A stretch of DNA of 64,000 nt from Thermomicrobiales bacterium (GCA_041390825.1 JAWKPF010000019.1:10894-74893), one strand, 5' to 3'; counted from the first letter of the stretch, positions 1 to 11,241 are shown. Notes: generated by a model not told the origin, from the letters alone. A program made the numbers and translations.

Positions 1-12
1 CGGCCGGTGCGA

Positions 13-285
13 CTATTGAATGGCGCGTTTGAGGCTTGCGCCGGCCTTGAAGGTCGGGCTCTTCTTTGGGGCGATCTTGATCGTGTCGCCCGTCTGAGGG
101 TTGCGACCCTCGCGGCCCGGTCGCTCGACGACCCGGAAGGTGCCAAACCCGCTGATGGCGACCTCGTCACCCTTCTTCAGGGCGTCTTCGATGGCCGCGA
201 AAATGCCGGTTGCCACCTCGTTGACCTTGGACTCGGGCATCCCGGTCGACTTGGCAACGGCTGCTACAAGTTCCTGCTTACGCAT
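13..285 (-). CDS. hup: HU family nucleoid DNA-binding protein (90 aa)
   Basis: From the internal Met, MRKQELVAAVAKSTG...ISGFGTFRVVERPGREGRNPQTGDTIKIAPKKSPTFKAG carries the HU/IHF arm signature. GGGGAGG SD lies just upstream of the ATG at 285. The 34 codons upstream in ORF 13..387 look non-coding. Confidence 0.9.
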   Translation of the reverse strand: MRKQELVAAVAKSTGMPESKVNEVATGIFAAIEDALKKGDEVAISGFGTFRVVERPGREGRNPQTGDTIKIAPKKSPTFKAGASLKRAIQ

Positions 286-411
286 TGTTCCTCCCCTGGA
301 ACTGTGATTCATGGCGCTGTGGCCGCATCGTCCGCACGTTGTGTCGTTCTTCAGCCAGCACCTTCGGTACGTGAAAAACCCGGCCAATCATCGGTCAGAC
401 GGGCGAAAAGG

Positions 412-1215
412 TCAACTGGAATCTGGGGTTTTCGTGGAATTCGCTTGGGCGCGCCGTTGCCGGCTGGCCTCGAACAGGATCACCGAACCCGCCACACCGG
501 CATTGAGCGACTCCAGTCCGCTTTCGAGTGGAATCGAGATCGGCGTGGGATCGAGCGCTCGCACGGAGGCCGAAAGTCCGGCGCCTTCGGCTCCCACGAC
601 CACAGCAATTGGTCCTGTGAGCGCGCAGTTGTCATAGCTCGTGTCTGCATTGGCGTCCGCTGCGAGGAGCTCCATTCCTGCTCCAATTCGGGTTCCAAGC
701 GCATCGACAGTCGCCGAAACAATCGGCACCAGAAAGTGGGCCGCAGCCGCGGCTCGCACGGTCTTGGGAGACCAGGGGTCGACCGTGCCGGGCAGCACGA
801 CGACTTCGGTCACGCCTGCTCCTGCGGCCGAGCGAATCAGTGTCCCGAGGTTTCCAGGGTCCTGCACAGCATCCACGACCAGCAGGAACGGCGTGATGCC
901 CTCGGTTGGTGTGAGTGTGGGAATCGGGAAGACGGCCAACGTCCCTTGCGAATGGACGGTGTCAGAAAGGCTTTCGAACAGCTCATCGTCGAAAACGCGA
1001 ACCGTTCTACCCGCAAGTGGCTGTCCGGCGCGGACGGTTGATTCTGCGACCGCGATAAGCGTGGGCTCCGCGCCAGTGGCGATTGCGTCCTCGATGAAGC
1101 GAGGGCCCTCGACAAGAAACGCCCGCTCCTTGTGACGTCGATCGCGACGCAGGAGCGAGCGTATCTGCTTGTAGATCGGGTTCTGCCGGCTTCGAATGAC
1201 CGATTCCGGCGGCAT
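412..1215 (-). CDS. TrmH/SpoU family RNA 2'-O-methyltransferase
   Basis: MPPESVIRSRQNPIYKQIRSLL...FLVEGPRFIEDAI...VQDPGNLGTLIRSAAGAGV...VVGAEGAGLS...IPLESGLESLNAGVAGSVILFE matches SpoU methylase motifs. Start trimmed to ATG 1215, just after the rplT stop. It sits after rplT, as ysgA-type genes do. Confidence 0.8.
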   Translation of the reverse strand: MPPESVIRSRQNPIYKQIRSLLRRDRRHKERAFLVEGPRFIEDAIATGAEPTLIAVAESTVRAGQPLAGRTVRVFDDELFESLSDTVHSQGTLAVFPIPTLTPTEGITPFLLVVDAVQDPGNLGTLIRSAAGAGVTEVVVLPGTVDPWSPKTVRAAAAAHFLVPIVSATVDALGTRIGAGMELLAADANADTSYDNCALTGPIAVVVGAEGAGLSASVRALDPTPISIPLESGLESLNAGVAGSVILFEASRQRRAQANSTKTPDSS

Positions 1216-1228
1216 CGACGCGTGCGTG

Positions 1229-1594
1229 CTAGGCGGTCTTGCCGGCGTTCTGCTTGGCAACCTCGGCGATGGCAGCGAATGCGGCGGCGTCGTGCACCGC
1301 CAGGTCGGCCAACATCTTGCGGTCGATGGCGACATTGCCCACGCGCAGCCCTTCGATCAGGCGAGAGTAGGTGATGCCATTCAGCCGCGAGGCAGCGTTG
1401 ATGCGGGTAATCCACAGCCGGCGGAAATCGCGCTTGCGGTTTCGGCGGTCGCGGTACGCATACATGAGCGAACGCATCATGGATTCATGCGCGCGCTTGT
1501 ACAGTCGATTGTTGGTTGCGCGGTGACCCTTCACCTGCGCGAGGACCTTCTTGTGCCGCCGGTGCGCGGCCACGCCTCGCTTGACTCGTGCCAT
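1229..1594 (-). CDS. rplT: 50S ribosomal protein L20
   Basis: [35 protein letters not shown]...[12 protein letters not shown] is canonical L20, within the infC-rpmI-rplT order. Confidence 0.97.
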   Translation of the reverse strand: MARVKRGVAAHRRHKKVLAQVKGHRATNNRLYKRAHESMMRSLMYAYRDRRNRKRDFRRLWITRINAASRLNGITYSRLIEGLRVGNVAIDRKMLADLAVHDAAAFAAIAEVAKQNAGKTA

Positions 1595-1628
1595 CTACTG
1601 ACTCCGTACCCTCTCGGTGTCCCGCGGC

Positions 1629-1835
1629 CTAGCTGCCGTACGGGAGCATGCGCTTGATGCGCTTCACGTTCGTTTCGCTAACTTCGATCGTGCGGTCGAA
1701 CTCCCGCTTGACACGCGCCGACTTGCGGCGACGGAAGTGGGACTTCATGCCCTTGGCTGAGCGGATCTGCCCGGTGGCCGTGAACGTGAACCGCCGCTTG
1801 GCGCCTTTATGCGTTTTCAGCTTTTGCTTCGCCAC
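1629..1835 (-). CDS. rpmI: 50S ribosomal protein L35
   Basis: (GTG start) AKQKLKTHKGAKRRFTFTATGQIRSAKGMKSHFRRRKS is canonical L35. AAGGAAGG SD lies upstream. Confidence 0.95.
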   Translation of the reverse strand: MAKQKLKTHKGAKRRFTFTATGQIRSAKGMKSHFRRRKSARVKREFDRTIEVSETNVKRIKRMLPYGS

Positions 1836-2379
1836 GACTAGTACTGCCTTCCTTTTCCAGTTTCTGCTTGAGGGGAGCGAGAATCATCGTCATCGTTCGC
1901 CCCTCGATTTTCGGCGCCTGCTCGATCGTGCCGTGCTGACGCAGCAATTCGCCAAGTTGGTCGAGTAGCCCCCTGCCGATTTCCGGATGCGCCATTTCGC
2001 GTCCCCGGAAGAGCACCGAAACCTTGACCTTGTCGCCGGCGTCGAGAAACTTCGCGGCTTGCCGACCCTTCGTTTCGAGATCGTGATCGTCGATCTTGGG
2101 ACGGATGCGAACTTCCTTGAGCTCGACGACGGTCTGGTTCTTGCGTGACTCGCGCTCCTTGCGGCTCTGCTCGTACCGATACTTTCCATAGTCCATCAGA
2201 CGACAGACGGGGGGAATCGCGTTCGGAGCCACTTCGACGAGATCGAGTCCGCGGTCTCGGGCCATCTCCAACGCTTGCATGGTTGGAACAACGCCAACCT
2301 GCTGGCCATTCTCGTCTACCAGACGAACCTCGCGGATCCGAATCCGCTCGTTGACCCGCGTTTGAACCGGTCGTGTAAT
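1807..2379 (-). CDS. infC: translation initiation factor IF-3, ATT start
   Basis: The ORF-track Met at 2280 lies inside the conserved N-domain. Extending upstream in frame gives ITRPVQTRVNERIRIREVRLVDENGQQVGVVPT-MQALEMA..., starting at an ATT (2379..2377) 7 nt downstream of GGAGG. The 3' end overlaps the rpmI start by 29 nt. Confidence 0.88.
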   Translation of the reverse strand: MTRPVQTRVNERIRIREVRLVDENGQQVGVVPTMQALEMARDRGLDLVEVAPNAIPPVCRLMDYGKYRYEQSRKERESRKNQTVVELKEVRIRPKIDDHDLETKGRQAAKFLDAGDKVKVSVLFRGREMAHPEIGRGLLDQLGELLRQHGTIEQAPKIEGRTMTMILAPLKQKLEKEGSTSRGEAKAENA

Positions 2380-2495
2380 TGTGGAGCCTCCTGAAACCTG
2401 AAATGTTCAGAAAATAACGAACGCCCGGACATCGATCCCGAGCGTGTCAGCCGCGTGACCGACCAATGGTATCACGCGAGGCAAGGGGATTCAAT

Positions 2496-3464
2496 TCAGA
2501 ATGTGGTGCGGATTGGCGGAAATCCTGCCAGAACATGCGTCTCCCCCAGGATGCGTCGCGATCGAGCTTCGTCGATCGCCAGTTGCTCGATCATTGCATC
2601 GAGATTGGGGAATTGCTGGTCATCACGGATCTTCTCGAGCATCGCAACTTCGATCGTCTGACCATAGAGATCACCGTCGAAATCGAGCAAATGCGTTTCG
2701 ATCTGGCGCACTCCGCTGTTGATCGTCGGCCGCGTGCCGACGTAGGTCATGGCCGGTCGAGCCTCAGCTTCGCCTGCGAGCACCACCAGCGAGACAAAGA
2801 TGCCATCGCCCAGCTGGACCAACCCCTCGGGCGGAAAGAAGTTGGCGGTCGGGAAGCCAATTTCCCGTCCCAGATGCGCGCCGTGTATGACCTCGCCGGC
2901 AACGGAGAACGGCCGACCGAGCGATTCGGCAGCGAATCTGACATTGCCGGCTTCGATCGCGCGCCTGATCGAGGAACTGCTGATCACCTCGCTCCCATCG
3001 ACCACGCGCGGCATGGCGACCGTGCGGAATCCGAGCGTGTCTCCGATCTCGGATATTCGCGCGACATCGCCGACACGATCCTTCCCCAACGCAAATCCTT
3101 CGCCGACCCAGAGCTCGACAAGACCGGTGCGCTCTTTCATCTCGGTCAGAAAATCTTCCGGAGTGCGGGCGGCTAGCGTGCGGTCGAATTCGATCACGGC
3201 AATCTCGTCAGTGCCGAGGGCCTCGAGCAGCGTGAGCTTTCGTCCGGCGGTGCAAATACGTCCTGCAAACCGATCGGGACGAAGGACGGAGGCTGGCACA
3301 GGCTCGAACGTGACGATGGCTGAGCTTGCGCCGAGCTCGATAGCCCGTTCGCGCGTGCGGGTGATCAGTTGCTGGTGCCCAAGATGCACGCCGTCAAAGG
3401 TTCCGATTGTCACCACCCGGGTGGCCGGTTGCATCGCTTGAAACGAAACCTGTGCAGGCATCAA
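2496..3464 (-). CDS. ribF: bifunctional riboflavin kinase / FMN adenylyltransferase
   Basis: VVTIGTFDGVHLGHQQLI...FEP.P...GFPTANF...ETHLLDF matches RibF motifs. 4-nt overlap with the truB stop. Confidence 0.93.
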   Translation of the reverse strand: MMPAQVSFQAMQPATRVVTIGTFDGVHLGHQQLITRTRERAIELGASSAIVTFEPVPASVLRPDRFAGRICTAGRKLTLLEALGTDEIAVIEFDRTLAARTPEDFLTEMKERTGLVELWVGEGFALGKDRVGDVARISEIGDTLGFRTVAMPRVVDGSEVISSSSIRRAIEAGNVRFAAESLGRPFSVAGEVIHGAHLGREIGFPTANFFPPEGLVQLGDGIFVSLVVLAGEAEARPAMTYVGTRPTINSGVRQIETHLLDFDGDLYGQTIEVAMLEKIRDDQQFPNLDAMIEQLAIDEARSRRILGETHVLAGFPPIRTTF

Positions 3465-4390
3465 TGGATTTCCTCTTGCGCGCCGAACGCGACCGGCACT
3501 ACCTTGCGTGGCCGGAGCTCATACCGTTTTTCGACTATGGCGAGCTCACCGATGCCCAGCCAGTTCCCGGCAGAATCATAAACGCGAACCGAACGCGGAT
3601 CGCCGAGGGCATCGATTGCCCAACGTTTTCCCTGTTCCCAGTTGCGTGACTGAAGCCGGTCGATGACGACCGCGTCCAGGCCAGCGGCGGTGGCGTCCGG
3701 AGCGAGCGCGATCCGTTCCCATTCCTCTGCCAGTGGCGCCTCAGCGAGCTCTCCCAACGTCCACGCATCGCACAGGTCGAACGAGGCCACTCGGGTACGG
3801 ACCAGATTGGAAAGGTAGGCACAGCTCCCCAAGCGCTCGCCAAGATCGCGTGCGAACGAGCGGACGTAGAACCCTTTCGAGCAATCGATATCGACGGTCA
3901 GTGTAGGTGGGTTCCATGCGACCAATGAAAGCGCGCGGATCTCGATTGGGCGTTTGGGCGGTTCGACATATTCTCCGCGCCGTGCCCGCTCATAGAGCGG
4001 AGTGCCATCCATCTTGATGGCGGAGAAGACAGGAGGCGTCTGCTCGCCCTTTCCCAGAAACGATTCGAGCGCTTTCTGAATGGCAGTCTCGTCGCACGAC
4101 GGGGGCTGGCATGTCTGAATCAGGCGCCCATCGATGTCGAGCGCATCGGTGGACACCCCGAACGTGATGTCTGCCCGGTATGCCTTGGTCGCGTCGGAGA
4201 GATACTCGAGCGCGCGCAGGGCCGAACCCACGCCGACGGGTAGCACACCGGTCGCCGCCGGGTCGAGCGTGCCCGCGTGTCCAACGGATCGCTGTCCAAC
4301 GAGTCGCCTGATACGGCCCACGACATCATGGCTCGTCCAGCCCGCGGGCTTGTCGATAATGAGCAGGCCGTGGAAGCGGTCCTGTGCCAT
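3461..4390 (-). CDS. truB: tRNA pseudouridine(55) synthase
   Basis: GLLIIDKPAGWTSHDVVGRIRRL...GHAGTLDPAATGVLPV is the TruB catalytic-Asp motif, and a PUA-like C-terminus is present. Confidence 0.93.
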   Translation of the reverse strand: MAQDRFHGLLIIDKPAGWTSHDVVGRIRRLVGQRSVGHAGTLDPAATGVLPVGVGSALRALEYLSDATKAYRADITFGVSTDALDIDGRLIQTCQPPSCDETAIQKALESFLGKGEQTPPVFSAIKMDGTPLYERARRGEYVEPPKRPIEIRALSLVAWNPPTLTVDIDCSKGFYVRSFARDLGERLGSCAYLSNLVRTRVASFDLCDAWTLGELAEAPLAEEWERIALAPDATAAGLDAVVIDRLQSRNWEQGKRWAIDALGDPRSVRVYDSAGNWLGIGELAIVEKRYELRPRKVVPVAFGAQEEIH

Positions 4391-4396
4391 TGCTCT

Positions 4397-5410
4397 CTAG
4401 GATGCCGCCTGCTCGGAAGCCATCTCAGCGGCCCGCCGCAAGAAGTCATCCCGTTCGGCGATCCCGCCGTTGATCTGGACACCGGCGGCCTTCGGATGAC
4501 CACCGCCCCCGAACGCGGCGGCAATGGCAGCCACATCGACCGAGGGAGTCAAGGTTCGCATGCTCACCCGCCATCCGTTTTCGTTCTCGTAGAGAATGGC
4601 GGAAAGGTTCGAGCCTTCAGTTCCCGTCAGGAAGTTGACCAGATTCTCCGCTTCAGAGGCATCCGCATTGCAGTCGGCCAGAAGCTGGCGAGAGACCTCG
4701 GTCCAGAGCAGGGAGCCCTGCCACGCTACGTCCTCCAATGCTCGCGACCAGACACACACCGTCGAGGCCGACTTCAAGCGGAAGAGTGCGTCCACGATCG
4801 GTGTAACCTTGGCCCCGGCATCGACCAAGCTGGCCGCGGTACGCATCGTGCGGGCGGTGGTGTTGTCGGTTCGCAAGCCGAGAGTATCTCCGTAGATACC
4901 GGCCAGCAGAATCTGCGCCAGCATTGCGTCGAACTCGATTCCCCAGACTTCGAGGATATCGGTCACGATTTCTGCCGCGGCCGCAGCGCGCGGTTCCACG
5001 ATGTTGACCACCCCGAACTGCGGGTTGGTCACATGATGGTCGATATTGACGATTGGAATCTCCCCATCGATGCGAGAGGGATCGTCTGAATAGAACCGTC
5101 CGAGACGGCGTTGATCGGAACAATCGACCAGGCAAAGCATGTCGAAATCCGGGAGCGGGTCTCTCCCGTAGACAACGACAGATTCGGTTCCCGGGAGAAA
5201 GGTCAAGTACTTCGGCAACTTGCCGTCACTGATGACCACAAATCCATCGCCGCCCTTGCGGCGGAGGCCCTCCAGCATTGCCAGTGCCGACGAAATCCCG
5301 TCGGCATCGACGTTCTGGTGCGTGGGAAAGCAGACCATTCGCCCGGAGAGCAGCGTAGCGAGCGCATCGTCCGCCGCGGCATGATCGAGTTGCCAGCCGT
5401 CGGACGTCAC
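4397..5410 (-). CDS. DHH/DHHA1 family phosphoesterase (NrnA-like oligoribonuclease/pAp phosphatase)
   Basis: HQNVDADGISSALA, DHHVTNPQFG and GGGGHPKAAG motifs. Located between rbfA and truB. Confidence 0.8.
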   Translation of the reverse strand: MTSDGWQLDHAAADDALATLLSGRMVCFPTHQNVDADGISSALAMLEGLRRKGGDGFVVISDGKLPKYLTFLPGTESVVVYGRDPLPDFDMLCLVDCSDQRRLGRFYSDDPSRIDGEIPIVNIDHHVTNPQFGVVNIVEPRAAAAAEIVTDILEVWGIEFDAMLAQILLAGIYGDTLGLRTDNTTARTMRTAASLVDAGAKVTPIVDALFRLKSASTVCVWSRALEDVAWQGSLLWTEVSRQLLADCNADASEAENLVNFLTGTEGSNLSAILYENENGWRVSMRTLTPSVDVAAIAAAFGGGGHPKAAGVQINGGIAERDDFLRRAAEMASEQAAS

Positions 5411-5790
5411 TTGACCACCTCAGCAGTGGCGACGGCGGCGCGCTGGCTCCGCTCGCGTTCCAGTTCCTTGAGCGCGGCCGCGATCTCCTGGGCATGCTCC
5501 ATGGAACGATCATCGGCGAACGCGATCTCCGGCACCTGGCGCATGCGGAGCCGTGGTTTGAGTTGACGCCGGATATAACCAGCGGCCGAGCGCAGCGCCT
5601 CCAGCGTTTCCTCACGCTCCTGTTCGGTCCCGAGCACGCTCACCATTGCGGTGGCGTTGCGCAGATCCGGGCCGATGTCGACCCGGGTGATGGTGAAGAA
5701 TCCGACGCGCGGATCCTTCACATCGGTACGAATGATGTCGGTCAGCTCTTCTCTGAGCATTTCGCCGACCTGTCGAGTTCGACGCGTCAT
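5407..5790 (-). CDS. rbfA: ribosome-binding factor A
   Basis: RTRQVGEMLREELTDIIRTDVKDPRVGFFTITRVDIGPDLRNATAMVSVLG is canonical RbfA, positioned downstream of infB. Confidence 0.9.
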   Translation of the reverse strand: MTRRTRQVGEMLREELTDIIRTDVKDPRVGFFTITRVDIGPDLRNATAMVSVLGTEQEREETLEALRSAAGYIRRQLKPRLRMRQVPEIAFADDRSMEHAQEIAAALKELERERSQRAAVATAEVVK

Positions 5791-5845
5791 GGTGCGAGCT
5801 CCTCAGCGGTCACGATGTCAGCTGGTTTCCCAGAGGAACGAGACG

Positions 5846-7747
<1,902 letters not shown>

Positions 7748-8113
7748 TTAGGCGGTCTCTCCTTTCTCATTTTCGTCCGCGGCGGGTCGGTTCACGAAGA
7801 TCGATGCCGCGAACGCGCGGAGCGCGTCTTTCGTCTCCGAAGTGAGCTCTGTCTTGAGGGCGTGATCGAGGATGCTCGATTTTGTCGCGCGCGCCCAGCA
7901 TGAAGGCGTATCGCAAAGGTACGCGCCCCGGCCCGGTTTGCGCCCGGTCAGGTCGACTTCCGCCTGGCCGTCGGGAGTTCGAACGATGCGAAAGAGCGCT
8001 CGCTTATTCGTCTTGTCGCGGCACACCACGCATGTGCGCTGCGGAATATGTCGGGGTCGGGGACCTTTCGTCCCCGACTTGCCGGACGTTGTTGTTGAGG
8101 TCGATGCTGGCAT
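7748..8113 (-). CDS. ylxR: YlxR/DUF448 family RNA-binding protein
   Basis: RHIPQRTCVVCRDKTNKRALFRIVRTPDGQAEVDLTGRKPGRGAYLC is the DUF448 signature, in the nusA-ylxR-infB position. Start trimmed to ATG 8113 (AAGGAAGG SD) because the longer ORF would overlap nusA. Confidence 0.8.
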   Translation of the reverse strand: MPASTSTTTSGKSGTKGPRPRHIPQRTCVVCRDKTNKRALFRIVRTPDGQAEVDLTGRKPGRGAYLCDTPSCWARATKSSILDHALKTELTSETKDALRAFAASIFVNRPAADENEKGETA

Positions 8114-8156
8114 GGAGCCGCCTTCCTTGCCTGCCGTCGAAGCGTGAAATGGTGCG

Positions 8157-9479
8157 CTACTCGTCGACAGAGAGCGCAACCTCATCGAGCGGCAGCTGCG
8201 CGCCGTCCGCCATGCTGAATCGGGCACGCAACTCGCGGTTGTAGTAGACCTCGAGCGCGTCGCCCCTGACCTCGACATCCACACTCATGTTCACGAGCGA
8301 TGGATCGAGCGGTCCGAACTCACGATCGCGGACAGAAACCATGCCGTCAGACCGGACCAGACGCGGTTGCCGACCGTGCCACCCAAAGTCTTCTGGCGCT
8401 TCGATAATCTGGGACTGCACCTGACGGAACATTTCCAGACCCTGATCGCGCATGGCTTCCGGATCCTTGATGTCGATGCGCCAGCCGGTAAGTTTGAACG
8501 CCAACCGCGCGTTCTGCCCTTCCTTACCAATGGCGAGTGACATTTGCTCCGTCGGGACGATCACCGTGGCGACCTTCTCGGACTCGTTGAGCGTCACGCT
8601 GGATGGCTTGGCGGGGCTCAGCGAGTTTGCGATGAAGGTCGCCGTGTCGGCCGACCATTCGATGACATCGATCTTCTCGCCGTAGAGCTCGTTGACGATG
8701 TTCTGAATGCGCACACCGCGCACGCCCACGCAGGAGCCAACTGGGTCGACCTTTTCCTGCCGGGCCGCGACGGCAACCTTGGAGCGAAGTCCTGGCTCGC
8801 GCGCGACCTCCATGATCTCGACCGCGCCGCTGTAGATCTCGGGCACTTCGATCTCGAAGAGCCGCTTGATCAGGTTGGGGTGCGAACGCGACACGATCAA
8901 CTGGGGACCCTTGGGGTCCTTGTTGACTTCCAGCAAATAGACCTTGATACGCTGGCCTGGGCGATACCGTTCGGTTGGCACCTGCTCACGGGCAGGCATG
9001 ACCGCTTCGGCCTTGTTCAGTTCCACAATCACCGCGCGAGAATCGGCCCGCTGGACGATCCCGTTCATGATCTCGCCCTGGCGATCCGCATATTCCTCGT
9101 AGACGGTATCCCGCTCGTAGTCGCGAATCTTCTGGAGGACGACCTGCTTGGCCGTCTGCGCGGCAATGCGCCCGAAGTTCTCAGGCGTTTTCTCGATGCG
9201 AATCTCGTCACCGACCATGGCGGTGTTCTCGTATCCGCGCGCTTCCGGCAGGGAGATTTCGGTCTCCGGGTCGGTGACCTCGGCAACGACGCGGCGGGTG
9301 CTCCAGACGTGCATCTCGCCGGTAGCGGAATCGATCGATACTTCGACCTCTTCCTCGGTGCCGGTCATCTTCTTGTACACGGTCTTGAGCGCATGCTCGA
9401 CTGACGTCAGCACCGCCTCACGGGGAATGCCTCGTTCCGAGGCAATTTGCGCGATGGCGGTATACAAATCGCTTTTCAT
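8157..9479 (-). CDS. nusA: transcription termination/antitermination factor NusA
   Basis: MKSDLYTAIAQIASERGIPREAV... followed by S1 and two KH domains (..LAIGKEGQNARLAFKLTGWRIDI..). Start at ATG 9479 with AAGGAGG SD. Confidence 0.95.
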   Translation of the reverse strand: MKSDLYTAIAQIASERGIPREAVLTSVEHALKTVYKKMTGTEEEVEVSIDSATGEMHVWSTRRVVAEVTDPETEISLPEARGYENTAMVGDEIRIEKTPENFGRIAAQTAKQVVLQKIRDYERDTVYEEYADRQGEIMNGIVQRADSRAVIVELNKAEAVMPAREQVPTERYRPGQRIKVYLLEVNKDPKGPQLIVSRSHPNLIKRLFEIEVPEIYSGAVEIMEVAREPGLRSKVAVAARQEKVDPVGSCVGVRGVRIQNIVNELYGEKIDVIEWSADTATFIANSLSPAKPSSVTLNESEKVATVIVPTEQMSLAIGKEGQNARLAFKLTGWRIDIKDPEAMRDQGLEMFRQVQSQIIEAPEDFGWHGRQPRLVRSDGMVSVRDREFGPLDPSLVNMSVDVEVRGDALEVYYNRELRARFSMADGAQLPLDEVALSVDE

Positions 9480-9573
9480 CCCGAGAACCTCCTTGCTCGG
9501 GTGGCCCAGCACTAGATTGGACCGGGGTTGCTCATACAAACGGAATGTGGGAGAGTCGCCAGATTTCGGGCGA

Positions 9574-9602
9574 TAAAAAACGTGGGTCGGAGGCCCACGT
9601 TC
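9574..9602 (-). terminator. intrinsic-terminator-like hairpin in the nusA leader
   Basis: Minus-strand reading AACGTGGG-CCTCCGA-CCCACGTT followed by TTTTTT, about 95 nt upstream of the nusA ATG. No T-tract on the plus strand. Confidence 0.5.
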
Positions 9603-9807
9603 ACCGCACTTGGATTCCGCTTTCCGTATGATACCAGAAGGCGACCGGGTCCGCTATATTGGAAGGACCTCGCGAACTGGCGCTTCGAGCCATTCGTGGC
9701 CGGGTGAACGTTCACTCTCCGGGATAAACATTATCCGCCAAGTTTCCGATGCTATACTCCCGTTCGTCCGAGGATAGAGGGATTCTTCGGCGACATGTGG
9801 AGGGGAC

Positions 9808-11172
9808 ATGGAGCTGCGAAGCTGGCGCACCTGGCTGCGTCCCGGCATGCTGATCAAGCGCTGGATGATTCTGGCGAGCGTCGGCATCATCGTGATCAGC
9901 CTTGGGCTCGCGATGGGGCTCACGTGGGCCTATCGCACCTACTACTGGCAGCTCGAGCCGGCGTCCGGTTTGGTCCGAACCGTTACACTTCAGTTCATCC
10001 CGCACCCGTATCGCGAGTTGCTGCTCATCGTTCCCGGTATCGCCATGCTCTGTTTCGGGCTTTGGAAGCTGGGACACGCGGTGATCGGACCGATTCTCGC
10101 ATTGACATCCGTGCGGCAGCCGATCTCGCAGATTGTCGCCAACCACCGATTTGGACCGAACATGCCCGATATCAACGTGGTCGCCATCGGTGGCGGCACC
10201 GGCCTCTCTCACCTGCTGCGTGGTCTCAAGCAACTCGACATCGACATAACTGCGATCGTGACGGTGGCCGATGATGGCGGCAGCACGGGTCGTATCCGTC
10301 GTGAATATGACATTCCGGCCCCGGGCGACATCCGCAACTGCATCGTCGCCCTGGCGGACGACGAGTCGCTGGTCAACCAACTTTTCCAGTACCGCTTCGA
10401 TCGCGACGGCTCCGACCTGAAAGGTCATTCGCTCGGGAACCTCTTCATCACCGCGCTTTCCCAGGTAACGGGCAGCTTCGAGCAAGCCGTGCTCGAGTTC
10501 GGCAGAGTCGTGAACATTCGTGGACGGGTGATGCCCTCGACCCTGGAGAATATCGACCTGTGCGCCGAGCTCGTCGATGGCACCAAGGTTCACGGTGAGT
10601 CGAATATCTCGACAGACAATGCTCCAATCAAGCGGGTCTATCTGGAGCCGAGCAGCCCAGCCGCATACGCTCCGGCATTGGATGCCATCGTCAATGCCGA
10701 TCTCATCATTCTTGGACCCGGCAGCCTGTACACAAGCGTCATCCCGAACCTATTGGTGACCGGGGTCATCGACGCGATTCGCTGGTCCCGTGGGACGACG
10801 GTCTATGCGTGCAACGTGGCCACGCAACAGGGAGAAACCGATCATTTCACTGCGACCGATCACATCCGGGCGGTGCTGGACTATCTCGGCAAGGGCAACC
10901 TGGACTATGCCGTAGTGAATTCGAACCACGCTTCTGCGGAGGCCATCAAGCCGCATCTGGGAGTGCAGGCGGTGCTCGATGACGGACAGATCTCGATCTA
11001 CGAAGGAGTCAAGATCGTCGCGGCCGATGTCAGCAGCGACGCAAATCCGTTGCGGCACGACCCTGTCAAGTTGTCGCAGGTGCTCGTGAGCCTTGGCCGC
11101 GCGGCAAGCACAGTCACTCCACTTCCTGTAGACCGTATCGAATCGCGCACGTCCGAGCCGCTCAAAATCTAG
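9808..11172 (+). CDS. yvcK: YvcK/CofD-like (UPF0052) gluconeogenesis-factor family protein with N-terminal membrane anchor
   Basis: NVVAIGGGTGLSHLLRGLK...VTVADDGGSTGRIR...GHSLGNLF...LGPGSLYTSVIPNLLV are YvcK family motifs. The first ~125 aa contain two hydrophobic helices. GGAGGGG SD. Confidence 0.85.
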   Translation: MELRSWRTWLRPGMLIKRWMILASVGIIVISLGLAMGLTWAYRTYYWQLEPASGLVRTVTLQFIPHPYRELLLIVPGIAMLCFGLWKLGHAVIGPILALTSVRQPISQIVANHRFGPNMPDINVVAIGGGTGLSHLLRGLKQLDIDITAIVTVADDGGSTGRIRREYDIPAPGDIRNCIVALADDESLVNQLFQYRFDRDGSDLKGHSLGNLFITALSQVTGSFEQAVLEFGRVVNIRGRVMPSTLENIDLCAELVDGTKVHGESNISTDNAPIKRVYLEPSSPAAYAPALDAIVNADLIILGPGSLYTSVIPNLLVTGVIDAIRWSRGTTVYACNVATQQGETDHFTATDHIRAVLDYLGKGNLDYAVVNSNHASAEAIKPHLGVQAVLDDGQISIYEGVKIVAADVSSDANPLRHDPVKLSQVLVSLGRAASTVTPLPVDRIESRTSEPLKI

Positions 11173-11241
11173 AATTGCCCACGCAGGAGTCCCCTCGTAT
11201 GCGAGGCCGGACCCGCGGTGAATCGCGACAGGGAGCAAGGC

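Noticed and set aside
9704-9715. Perfect 12-bp palindrome GTGAACGTTCAC in the nusA/yvcK divergent region, with ACGTTCAC recurring at about 9597.
   Set aside because: By a simple 4^-6 estimate, about 15 perfect 12-bp palindromes are expected in 64 kb, and a repeated 8-mer within 300 nt is also near chance expectation. There is no adjacent regulator to link it to.
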